Shown: piece by piece, positions 1 through 9,632 of the stretch | Layout: each line of letters starts with the position of its first letter | Position numbering within the stretch: position 1 is the stretch's first letter | Assembly: GCF_004010195.1 (NCBI RefSeq) | Contig: NC_057719.1 | Span: 58,654,737-58,674,736 of the forward strand | Origin: Chiloscyllium plagiosum | Lineage: Eukaryota | DNA: 20,000 nucleotides | Direction of reading: 5' to 3' | The notes under the pieces: generated by a model | The model's input: the letters and a program-made list of their open reading frames with translations, nothing else | Database searches by the model: none | Told to the model about the DNA's origin: nothing | Made by a program: the position numbers and the translations under genes

Positions 1-2350
1 TAGAGGAGGACCTGAGCCCCAAAACATTCCAAACAATAAAGAGGCCAGCACACCTCAGTCACTAAACAGAGACTACACCCGATTTCAGGAAGTCAGGAAC
101 TGCAACACCCTTGAAAGGCAACTGATGAGAGCAAATTCTCCAATGGGACATAGTCCAAACCTCCCCTCTTGCATGAACCAGCAAACAGCCCTGGGTTGTA
201 CATTTCTAACAGGACATACCAGGACAATTTTGTTAACCTACTCACAAGTGAAATAGTTTATGTTTCCAGGGGTGGAGGAGCAGAAAGGACTGGAACTGTA
301 AAAGACAAATGGTGTATTAAACAAAAAAAAGTTTTGCAATAGGTGTTAAAATCACCTCCATTAATGTGTATAGCATTAAGACAGTGGTGGGTTTTTTCCT
401 CACAGCAGATGTAATGTACAAAAATCCTTCACTCTGGTTAATTAACGTATACATCCAGCTCAAAACAGTGAGTAGCTGAATGTCCTTGCTGCTGGCTATT
501 ACCAGGTTAGTCATTCTGGACAGTGGCTTCAACCGCATTATCAATGTGGCTGGACACTCTGACATGGCTGACAACAAACTAGGTGGTGTTCTTCTCTGAT
601 CGTTGCTTCCTGTTGATTGATTGTCACCTACAAGAAGACCAGAGGACAGAAAATGGGACATGGAAACTGAACTGACCCCAGAAAACATCAAGGAGCTCTA
701 AAGGAATTTCAAAGTTTGGAGAACTGTGAAACCTTTGTCTGACTCATCAGCCTGGATGAGGAGAAGAGGCAGAATATTGCTCATCTACATAATGGATGTG
801 TTTTCCAGGATGAGGTTGGGGGAGGAAATCCACAATTGCTTACAACTGCTGTACACAAACATAAGTAGCACAGTTTTAATCAATGGATAGCTTTGTGATT
901 TCCAGTCAAATAAATCTGGATTTAGGTCCTCTCAAGTCCTGTTCACGTGTTATATAGAACCTGTTGCCGAGATCACCAATAAGGATGCAGGCATAAGCAT
1001 CATGTCTATCACAGATAGCAGAGGCATCCAAATTAAAATCTCCCTATCATGCGACATCACTATTTTCTGCTCAGTTCTGCTGTGGTTGTGTAGATTGGTT
1101 AATATCTTCAACCAGTTTGAACTGACCTCAAATTAAGGTAAATCGAGGCAAGCGCAAGGTCATGTTCTTTGGGAACTTAGCCAAATGATCCTTTGTCCCC
1201 TTGACTGTCAGGTCAGATTACTTCAGGATGCTGGGGATTTAGTTTAGACAAATCAAAGTATACACTAAAACTATCGCTACTTGCTTATTCCAAATAAACA
1301 AAAACTGAGCGTTTGAGAGCGACATTCCCTCTCCATTGAAGTAAGAAACTGCTTGCTAAATATGCATGCTCTCTATGGTGCGGTACGTAGCAAAGGTCTG
1401 GGCAATTCTTTGCTGTAGTGCCATGGCTATCACCTGGAAGACTAAAATGGACAGCGCTCACAGGGACACTACAGTCTGGCCACATTGTCACAGAATGCTA
1501 CAATTCGGTGGATCAATTTATACACCTGACACTTTTGGAGATGTTTACACAAAAACATTCCTTTGATCATAAGTTCATCAGGAAGTGGTCAGCACATAAC
1601 GTCCTGCTGGAAAATGAGATAGGAAATCCTGTCAGATGGTTGTTTAAGGAACCAACAAAAGTCATTTGATAGAATACTTTATTGCCAGAATTTACAAACA
1701 AGCACCAAGATGTAACTTGGATGGTGACAAGAAAGGCACTAATTGTCAGTCCTTACAACAAACTTGGACTTTCATCCTCTTTCATTTTACCTTTGAAGTG
1801 ATATGGCATGGAAGACCTTTTGTGGCAATTTCCTTGAGGAATGTTTGTTTGCAAGTAAGGTCCGCAGAAAGATGTTTGTTTTTGTTGAGATATAGAACTC
1901 TCCGTTATGGCTTGTTCCCAAGGATGCATAGTAAGACAAACAGAAACTGAACTTGAAGGACAATCAGCATCATTAAAACAAAATTGTTCTTTAGTCTTAA
2001 AACAGGAAGTTTGAAACTTGCTGACCTGCCAGTGCAATGAGTTACCCTTGACAGAGTGTTGCAGACCGCCCCTTCCATGGTCCAGATTTATGTGCTGTGG
2101 GGTGCACTAAAGCTTCAACAGAGGTGCAATGGGGAAAGGTCAAGGTATAAGTAAATGCCATAGATTATTAAGGGCTGGAAACTGTCGAACCTCTTGGGAT
2201 GTGTGCCTCACAAAGGATATACATTATAAATTCAGAGTATTGAAGATGTATTGAGGCATCTCAAGTTGAAGCATAGCGTACAATTCTGTAATTTCTAAAT
2301 TATATCATTTTTACCAGTAATGTTCACATCACATGAACAACTGAACAAAA
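1..2350 (+). mobile_element. Old, decayed Tx1-clade (L1-superfamily) non-LTR retrotransposon: probable ORF1 tail, internally deleted ORF2 and 3' UTR
   Basis: Hand translation across frames gives ordered ORF2 motifs. Endonuclease region: (I)GVKITSINVYSIK (339-380), LWLINVY (~432), VILDSGFNRIINVAG (~510, the GDFN-motif equivalent) and GTWKLN (~655). RT region: LISLDEEK (~742), MDVFSRMRLGEEIHNCLQLLYTNISSTVLING (~792-887) and GIQIKISLSCDITIFCS (~1023, the YxDD region). C-terminus: QWGKVKV* (ends 2150). Outer boundaries are approximate. Confidence 0.8.
339..2150 (+). pseudogene. Tx1-like ORF2 (APE endonuclease + reverse transcriptase), heavily frameshifted with large internal deletions
   Basis: The motifs listed for the element occur in the correct order. 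At only ~1.8 kb it is much shorter than an intact LINE ORF2. There are many stops and frameshifts, and the presumed start codon reads ATA. Confidence 0.75.
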
Positions 2351-2859
2351 GATTTCACTTCTTTATATTTTGGCACAATATGGGATCAGATGCCAGGAAA
2401 AATATATCTGCTATTACATTCTCTGATGAGATTCTTAACTTTTTTAAAAGAAAACAATGACCCAATAAGATTTCACATTTCAAGAACTTACTGTTTAAAA
2501 TTGACTAAAAACAGGATTAACAAACCATTCTTTTCATAGCGTAATTTATCCTCATTGCTACAGAAACAAATTGTCCTTTTAACTTCTAAAACCCATTTGG
2601 AAGTGTCCTTAATACTGTCTCTTAAATAGTCACCCATTTTTCCAGTCCAAAGTGATCTTTTGTGCTTTCAAGGATTTAATTAAATTTCCAGCCAACTAAT
2701 TCCAACCAAAGCTGTTGAAGGCTTTTCCTGGCGAGTTTCCCCTTGATTCAAGCTAAATGAATCTTCCACTCTCATTTCAACTCCTCACAAATTTGGTCTT
2801 TTCAAACTCCTCATGCATTTACTGTGCAATGGAACATAAAGAATTTTGGCCTTCAGGTG

Positions 2860-3079
2860 GTCCCCCCCTTCCAAATCCTAGCAGACTAACTTAGCTTCAG
2901 GGCTATCTCAGACATCCTCCTCCCCCTCGAAGCTCATCTCCATGTAATAATTAGCCATACTTAAGACTCAATCCCCTTCTTACCTGTATTGTTGGTACAC
3001 CGCATGGACCACCACATCTGGCCAATCGCTCTCCCCAGAAGAATGTCTTGCAACCATTCTGTGACATTCTTGACTTCAG
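2860..3079 (-). mobile_element. Old CR1 LINE ORF1 (SGNH-esterase domain) fragment, left part
   Basis: The minus strand of ~2975-3075 reads VKNVTEWLQDILLG...PDVVVH-x-TNNTGKKG with frameshifts. This matches the CR1 ORF1 esterase motif 'PEVVVHIGTNDIG'. Confidence 0.65.
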
Positions 3080-3554
3080 TATAGAACATAGAACAATGCA
3101 GCGCAGAACAGGTCCTTCGGCCCTCGATGTTGCGCTGACCTGTGAATTATTCTTGGCTAGTCCCCCAAACTATCCCAAAATCATCCATGTGCTTATCTAA
3201 GGATTGTTTAAATCTCCCTAATGTGGCTGAGTTGACTACATTAGCAGGCAGGGCATTCCACGCCCTTACCACTCTCTGTATAAAGAATCTGCCTCTGACA
3301 TCTGTCGTAAATCTATCACTCCTCAATTTGTAGTTATACCCTCTCGTACAAGCTGACATCATCATCCTAAGAAAAAGTCTTTCACTGTCTACCCTATCTA
3401 ATCCTCTGATCATCTTGTATGTCTCTATCAAATCTCCCCTTAGCCTTCTTCTTTCCAATGAGAACAGACCCAAGTCTCTCAGCCTGTCCTCATAAGACCT
3501 TCCCTCCAGACCAGGCAACATCCTGGTAAATCTCCTCTGCACCTTTTCCAATGC

Positions 3555-3561
3555 NNNNNNN
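3555..3561. other. Assembly gap (7 N)
   Basis: nnnnnnn is present in the sequence. The CR1 coding sequence normally found between QRDLGV and LEKVQRR (e.g. the EYCVQFWSP block) is missing, so the real gap is probably longer than 7 bp. Confidence 0.95.
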
Positions 3562-3695
3562 GCACTCCAAGATCCCTCTGCACATCCGCACTACCAAGAA
3601 TCTTTCCATTGACCCAATACTCTGCCTTCCTGTTATTCTTCCCAAAGTGCATCACCTCACATTTAGCTGCATTAAACTCCATTTGCCACATTATA

Positions 3696-4006
3696 GGCGG
3701 CACGGTGGCACAGTGGTTAGCACTGCTGCCTCACAGCGCCTGAGACCTGGGTTCAATTCCCGCCTCAGGCGACTGACTGTGTGGAGTTTGCATGTTCTCC
3801 CCGTGTCTGCGTGGGTTTCCTCCGGGTGCTCCGGTTTCCTCCCACAATCCAAAGATGTGCAGGGTCAGGTGAATTGGCCATGCTAAATTGCCCGTAGTGT
3901 TAGGTAAGGAGTAAATGTAGGGGTATGCGTGGGTTTCGCTTCGGCGGGTCGGTGTGGACTTGTTGGGCCAAAGGGCCTGTTTCCACACTGTAATGTAATC
4001 TAATCT
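3696..4006 (+). mobile_element. tRNA-derived SINE of the HE1 / V-SINE type, inserted antisense into the CR1
   Basis: tRNA-like head GGCGGCACGGTGGCACAGTGGTTAGCACTGCTGCCTCACAGC. V-domain-like core GTGTGGAGTTTGCATGTTCTCCCCGTGTCTGCGTGGGTTTCCTCCGGGTGCTCCGGTTTCCTCCCACA. CR1-like 3' end GGGCCAAAGGGCCTGTTTCCACACTG followed by a (TAATC/TAATG)n tail. CR1 sequence resumes on both sides. Confidence 0.92.
3706..3760 (+). promoter_or_regulatory. Internal RNA Pol III promoter (A and B boxes) of the SINE
   Basis: A box TGGCACAGTGG at 3706-3716 and B box GGTTCAATTCC at 3750-3760, with tRNA-like spacing. Confidence 0.8.
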
Positions 4007-4572
4007 CAGCCCAATTCTGCAATTTATCCAAGTCCCCCTGCAACCTATAACATTCTTCCAAACTGTCCACTACTACACCAACTTTAGTGTCATCTGCAAA
4101 TTTACTAATCTATCCACCTATTCCTGCGTTTATAAAAATGACAAACAGCAGTGGTCCCAAAACAGATCTTTGTGACACATCACTAGTAACTGGACTCCAG
4201 ACTGAATATTTTCCATGAAATCAGGGAGGCAACATCCCATCCTGGATCTATGTTGTGGAAGTGCTTGTCTACCCTTCTAACTAATGAATCCTGTAGCGTA
4301 ACTGCTCTTCCAATTTTCTTCTTTCCCTCCTATACAGACCTCGTAGTTGGAGAAACAACTTTGAGGATCTGTTTCCCTCATCAGTATTTAGAGTGGAAAA
4401 TGGATTCTGAAGCAGTGGCCTTTGGAGACTGATGCACGACCTGCCTGGTTCTCTTGGCCATCGCCCATTTCTTATCTAGGTAAAAACAATGACTGCAGAT
4501 GCTGGAAACCAGATTCTGGATTAGTGGTGCTGGAAGAGTACAGCAGTTCAGGCAGCATCCGAGGAGCAGTAA

Positions 4573-4608
4573 AATCGACGTTTCGGGCAAAAGCCCTTCA
4601 TCAGGAAT
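4573..4608 (-). ncRNA. Putative minimal hammerhead ribozyme (left arm, mirror copy)
   Basis: Exact reverse complement of 4638-4673. Confidence 0.65.
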
Positions 4609-4637
4609 ACAGGCCACCCTTCAGGCTCTCTGCCTTT

Positions 4638-4673
4638 ATTCCTGATGAAGGGCTTTTGCCCGAAACGTCGATT
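4638..4673 (+). ncRNA. Putative minimal hammerhead ribozyme (right arm)
   Basis: ATTC-CTGATGA-A-GGGC-TTTT-GCCC-GAAAC-GTC-GATT. The core is intact, stem II is 4 bp, stem III is the palindrome ACGT, the triplet is GUC and stem I is weak. Confidence 0.65.
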
Positions 4674-6164
4674 TTACTGCTCGTCGGATGCTCCCTGAAC
4701 TGCTGTGCTCTTCCAGCACCATTAATCCAGAACCCATTTCTTATCTGCCTGCATTTTGCTCATCTGCAATACGCCTGCCTCTCTGATCATCCTACTTCAG
4801 TAATTTTCATCCTTGCAGATATAATCACAGCCTCAAGCCACCACTTGAGTTTGAAAACATGGTTCTCAATTCTCCACAGCTGGTGATACTTTCTATACAA
4901 CTATTCATTGAGATGGTGTGAAGTAACCAAAATTCTACACATGCCACAGGAGGGCTTTCTGCCCTGATATAACATAAGTCTACTTTGTACTTTTGCCTTA
5001 CAAAGGATAAATAGAATATCTGAGATTAATGGACTTGCATTTGCCTCTGACATAATTCTTGGATGCACTTTCTCAAAACTCAGCCTTCTCATCATCCCTG
5101 CCATGCAGCTTTTCATCTCCTGAAGACTGACAAAGATTTTAAAAAATGCATTCCTCCTTTCCTCATTGAATTCCCTTGCTGACCACACTTGCAGTGATTA
5201 TGCTGTGTACCAACAGGACTAAACATTTCTTATTGATATTACTGAGATTCAGGTGAGTCTTTCAATTACTATATTGGAATTAAGTGGACAGCCTAATGCA
5301 TGACTGTTTACAACTTGACATTCTCAGCAACTTCCTAGCACTTTGAAGACAGCAAACCATTGTCTCCCACTGTAAATACCTTGTATCTTCTTCGCAGCAT
5401 AACCACATGTGAATCCCTTTAATCTCTTAATAGTTATGTCACTCAGGCCCATTGCTAGTTAAGAGTAGGTCACGTTACCCCCCTAAAGATACAGTCCCAA
5501 AATGTAACTATCTAATAAAACTTCACAGTTGTAACTCAGCTTTGGAAGAGGATAGCACAGATTCAGGAAAATCATTATATAGAACTTCTAGCACAGAAAC
5601 AAACCATAGGGTTTAATTGTTTATGTTTGCACTTATGATCCAAAGCTGCCAGTGAATTAAAGTTAAGTAAGAAGGACAGTTTGCATTAAACGTAAGCTTA
5701 TAGTTTATGGAATACATGCTATGGTTTACAGAGCTTTGGTGGTTCCTACCCACCAATATGGCTCTGAGATGTGAACTGTCTGAAGGTGCTGGAGCAATAC
5801 CACCAATGCGGCCTGCACAAGATCCTGCAAATCCGCTGGGAAGAAAGATGCACCAACACCCCAGCATCCTTGACCAGGCCAACATTCCTCTAGCATTGAG
5901 GCGCTGACTACCCTTGATCGGCTACATCTATATGACCGATACAAGTCTCCCCAAGCAAGTGCTCTACTCCCAACTCCGAAACAGCAGGCAAGCCCCAGGT
6001 GAACAGAAGAAGTGCTTCAGTGATACCCTCAAGGCCTCACTACAGCATTCCCACAGATATCTAGGAATCACTGGCCCGAGACCATCCAAAGTGTAGAAGG
6101 AGCATCTAGGAAGGCATTGAGCACTTCAAGACTTGTTGTCAGGGAAAAGTAGAAGCCAGGTGAA

Positions 6165-6416
6165 CAAAGTTAAAAATCGCACCACATCAGATTATAGTCC
6201 AACAGGTTTATTTGGAGGCACTAGCTTTTGAAGTGCTGCTTCTTAATTAGTGACCACCACCTGATGAAGAAGCAGCACTTCAAAAGCTAGTGCCTCCAAA
6301 TAAACCTTTCGGACTATAGCCTGGTGTTGTGTGATTTTTAACTTTGTTCACCTGGCTTCTACTTTGTGTAAATTTTGACTTTGTCCATCCTAGTACAACA
6401 CCAGCATCTCCAAATC
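6165..6416. mobile_element. ~250-bp palindromic hammerhead-bearing Penelope-like derivative (family B)
   Basis: Inverted arms at ~6146-6250 and 6261-6365. A 12-bp target-site duplication AAGCCAGGTGAA lies at 6153-6164 and 6417-6428. It is homologous to the copy at 16224-16343. Confidence 0.8.
6258..6292 (+). ncRNA. Degenerate minimal hammerhead motif
   Basis: CAC-CTGATGA-A-GAAG-CAGCA-CTTC-AAAA-GCTA-GTG. Stem I is CAC/GTG, stem II is GAAG/CTTC, stem III is the palindrome AGCT and the triplet is CUA. The conserved GAAA reads AAAA (consistent with CpG decay), so this copy is probably inactive. Confidence 0.5.
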
Positions 6417-6619
6417 AAGCCAGGTGAAAATAGCATAATGAGCACACTGCCACACTGATGCTCCATCCACCCCTTCCCACAACCACCTTCTGCCCCAAGT
6501 GGAACAGAGCCTGCGGAAGCCACATCAGTCTGTACAGCCACCAATGGACTCACCCTGAGAGTGGAAGAGTGTCATCCTCATCTGTGTGGCACTGCCAGTA
6601 TTAATGATGACAAGGTTGC

Positions 6620-6962
6620 AGATTAATATAATATAAGTATCTCAAAGGATTTGTTGGAGTTGATACAGAATATCTGTTGCTTCTATTTGAAGAACCTAGA
6701 ACAGAAGGACACTTTTTTTAAAAAATTATAAAATTAGAGTCCATCAGGAGGTGAAATAATGAAGCACATTTTTCACACAGGTGTTGGAGCTGAAGGTTGG
6801 ATATTTGGAACTCCTGCACAAACAAAACAATTAGTTATATTTGTAAAGCAGGGCTATCAAAATGTTTGAATGAAAGGCAGATAAAAGATGTTAAAACAAT
6901 AACACTTTAATTGAATGATGGAACAGATGTAAAGGTCTGAATGGTTTACTCCTATTTCTAAA
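6620..6962 (+). mobile_element. Old CR1 LINE 3' end
   Basis: Degenerate KGFVGVDTEYLLLLFEEPRTEGH and KHIF..Q-like C-terminal text. The terminal TTGAATGATGGAACAG...GGTCTGAATGGTTTACTCCTATTTCTA resembles the CR1 3' stem-loop and tail. Confidence 0.6.
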
Positions 6963-7349
6963 TTACTATTATCCCCCTATCTGCTAGCTCCCTGCCTAAC
7001 CTTTGCTTTGAACTGGCTCTTCCTTTCATTTCTGACTCATCCTATGATCAGATTCAAGTGCGGAAATGAATTTCGCAACTTGTTATAGCAGGATATGAAC
7101 TCTCACACTCCAGGGTTGCTTGATCAGTTCCAAAACCATCTGATGCAAGACTTATTAATTACATTGTTGTGTGAGATGATTGAAATTTTATTAGAGTTCT
7201 CCATAGACATAATAGAACAAGTATTTGATTGATTCATAAAAAAGAAATAAAAGTATTTTTCTGGCCATCCCATCTAAATGAATGGATAACTTCGCTGCAG
7301 AAATAACAACCCAGATCAGTTTTCCATCTAAAAGTATAATGTAAGATGT

Positions 7350-7640
7350 ATAGAAACACCATCACCTCCAAGTTTCCCTCTAAGTCAGACAGCATCCTGA
7401 CTTGAAAGTGTCAAAGGAGTCTTATATTGGAGTCAAAATGTTAAGTATATTTCTCTTTACACAGATGTTGCCAAATCTGCTAGAGATTTACAACATTTCT
7501 CTTTGTACTTGAAATGATATCACATTTCCCTCACTGTTTCCACATTAAAATTCCAGAGTATCATCCTTGACTGTACTGTGTGTGTACGTACACCATGTAG
7601 ATTTGGCAATTCAAGAAGGTGGCTTGCTACCATCTTCATA
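7350..7640 (+). mobile_element. Very old 3' end of a CR1/L2-group LINE (same family as 15455-16098 and 18112-19215), split by an insertion
   Basis: ACACCATCACCTCCAAGTTTCCCTCTAAGTC...ATCCTGACTTGAAA and TTCAAGAAGGTGGCTTGCTACCATCTTC resemble the reverse complement of 18170-18350 and 15515-15650. Confidence 0.5.
7408..7506 (+). mobile_element. Old 99-bp insertion, probably a decayed Penelope-like hammerhead element arm
   Basis: Flanked by the 8-bp direct repeat ACTTGAAA (7400-7407 and 7507-7514). The internal GAGTC-TTATATTG-GAGTC-AAAATGTT...ACAGATGTTGCCAAATCTGCT resembles stem II + GAAACGT followed by the GATGCTGCC..CTGCTG segment seen in family A. Confidence 0.45.
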
Positions 7641-9632
7641 TTCCCTTAATACTACTTTTCCAGTCAAATGTCAATTGTATAATTTTGTTCTTTCTTTCCT
7701 TCCTTCCCTTCTTTTCTTTCCTTTCCTTCTCATTCATTTGCTTTATCAGCCCTTCTCAAGCGAAAATAAGAACTTGAAAGCATTTTTCAACATACATTTA
7801 ATAAAGTTCTAATGTTCATGCACGAGCTTGCTTTGGAATTGTTTTGGATAAATATAATAACTCATGACTACTGTCACTGTGATTAGCTGAGACATTCATA
7901 ATCACGCATGCTTTAAGATTCATCACCAGAAATAAAATATTTTGTTAAATTGTGCAATGTTATTGTGAAATACTTAACTTTTAATTTTTATTAAATTAGA
8001 ATTCTTATTTAAACCCTCTGTAAAAGAAAACTGACAGGACAAACTGTTTGTCTAAAACTGTATTTAGCAATTTGCTTCATTGTCTATTGCAGACATTACG
8101 TATGGTAGACAACAACATGTGCAGGATAAATCGTTTTAGTATATATATTGCAGGATCTGATTTGTACCTTCTGCAGTACCTATACTAATATTCTATATTA
8201 TTTCTACTCTAAGCTCCTAAATGATGCACTGCTCCAAGGAATGTGTGCACATTATGGACAATTTGCAGGTCATTTATTGTATTGCAGTCACATGAGTGTC
8301 TCTGATCCAGTTTTGGGCAGTATCTTGTGTTGTGTAGAGGCAACATCAGACAAATGAATTAGCGAAGTCCTGCATGTTGTATTTTAAGCCAGATGACCAT
8401 GTCTACCAGTTCCGCCTTTTAAACACAGTGGGTGAAACATTTAAATGATGGAGGCACTGGTGAGTCAGTTGGCAAAATAGGGTGAGAACAGCAGAAATAA
8501 GATTCTCGATATCAAGAAGAATATCTCATTCTCTAGTGTTGAACGCCAAGAGGTGATCTTGCTAATAAATGGTGAGAGGCCTATTTGCAATCGTTTGAAT
8601 TATTACCTAATCTGACCTCATTGATGTGCTGTTTCCCATTCTCCCATCTGAGACAGTGGAAATTATAGATATGCAAATCAGAATGGTCAAGTGGCAGCTT
8701 CAGATTGCTGCATACTCTTCCAGTCCTCCTTTTGGACAACAAACACCAACATCTCAGGGTCAGTCAGGAAGGTGACTGCCTGCATTCCTGTCTGCAGATG
8801 TTGGCATTGGGCACACAGCAACCTCACCATATGACAAATTTCTGACCCATTTTGTGACATGTGATTCTGCATTTTGTTGCTGAACTTAACAGCACACCAA
8901 CAGCTTTGAGATAACGAGTTGGCCGGCCATTTTGCATGCAGGGACAGGCACCCAATTCTCAGATTAGGCCAAGATGTATCTCAGGGCTCCTCACCTGCTC
9001 TCATAGAGCTCAATCACTTTGTGTTTGCTTAGACCCTCACAGAATCCCTGTCTTGCTTTAAGTTGCGTATTTACACTTTGCCACTTTAACCAGAGCTTGA
9101 AAGCTCTCAGTACTTATGACTTAATTCCAACATAATTGCAGATGCAGAACCAGGAAGCTTGACTTGGTTGTCAACGGTGATCAGTCAGGTTAGGGCTTAT
9201 GTTGCATAGCACCATGTTTCATCAATCTCACACCTGCACCATGTGCCAGCAGCATAGATGGTAAACACAATACATATGCTTCAAGCAAATGGTCATGTTT
9301 CAAAGTTAAAAGGGAGTAGTCTTCAGTCAACTCAAGGAAAGCAATCTTTAGTCAGGGAACTCTGGCACAGTGGTCCCTTGCACTATCAGGCTTGGATAGT
9401 CAAAACCAGGAGGTTTGTATCATTACAATACCGGTTGTAGTTAGCTCCCAGGTCCAGTACAATGAGTCCGAGAGTCACAATAAGTCAATCAGGGGTCTAC
9501 AGAAAAGATCTGTTAGCTGTCTAGTGAGGGCTCTGGGTTTAAGTTGTGAAGTAGGTGGACCAGTCTTGAAGGTTTATTCATTGAAAGTCAAGGAGGTTGT
9601 CAGGGTCACTGGCATGGTAAACTGGAAAATTG

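Larger units (their letters stand above)
3080..4216 (-). mobile_element. Younger 5'-truncated CR1 (HER1-like) LINE: ORF2 C-terminus, 3' UTR and (TTCTATG)n-type tail
   Basis: ORF 3147-3551 (EKVQRRFTRMLPGL...LGLFSLERRRLRGDLIETYK) and ORF 3479-3703 (WQMEFNAAKCEVMHFG...QRDLGV) are classic CR1 ORF2 C-terminal sequence. The minus strand at ~4080-4105 reads KFADDTKVG (RT catalytic motif). The tail repeat tagaacatagaaca lies at ~3082-3095. Confidence 0.93.
4478..4732. mobile_element. 255-bp non-coding palindromic element with hammerhead-like motifs (non-autonomous Penelope-like derivative, family A)
   Basis: Inverted arms at 4514-4614 and 4632-4732 are 101 bp each with 5 mismatches by eye, separated by a 17-nt spacer. 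A perfect 14-bp target-site duplication CCCATTTCTTATCT lies at 4464-4477 and 4733-4746. Confidence 0.85.
4217..4760 (-). mobile_element. Continuation of the old CR1 ORF1 fragment, interrupted by the palindromic element at 4478-4732
   Basis: atcagggaggcaacatcccatcctggatct (~4220-4250) reads SRMGCCLP on the minus strand. That is the motif immediately upstream of 'VKNV' at ~3070 (family motif SRMVCCLPGARVxDV), so the two pieces join up. Confidence 0.6.
5715..6610 (+). mobile_element. RTE-clade LINE 3' fragment (ORF C-terminus and 3' UTR), interrupted at 6165-6416
   Basis: Cross-frame translation gives MVYRALVVPT..YGSE, KVLEQYHQCGLHKILQIRWEER, SILDQANIP and TDTSLPKQVLYSQLRNSRQAPGEQKKCFSDTLKASL, typical of RTE/BovB-type RT C-termini. 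It ends in a short ATGATGA-type tail at ~6604-6610. Confidence 0.85.

Noticed and set aside
2340..2420. Looked for a specific target (U2 snRNA, tRNA, microsatellite) at the Tx1 3' junction, since many Tx1-clade elements are site-specific
   Set aside because: No recognisable target sequence, and the junction is too decayed to call.
3696..3770. tRNA-like sequence with A and B boxes
   Set aside because: It continues into a SINE body and tail, so it is a SINE head and not a tRNA gene.
3551..3988. ORFs 3551-3886 (+) and 3731-3988 (-)
   Set aside because: Chance reading frames through the HE1-like SINE.
4381..4886. ORFs 4422-4886 (+, 154 aa) and 4381-4617 (-) sharing the peptide IPDEGLLPETSILLL
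   Set aside because: The shared peptide simply reflects the DNA palindrome read on opposite strands. It is not a gene pair.
4901..5188. 95-aa minus-strand ORF
   Set aside because: Non-ATG start, no recognisable domain, and a length compatible with chance.
8389..8459. Possible exon between TTTTAAG and GTGAGT
   Set aside because: All three frames contain stops and the polypyrimidine tract is weak. At most it is a non-coding exon, which is unsupported.
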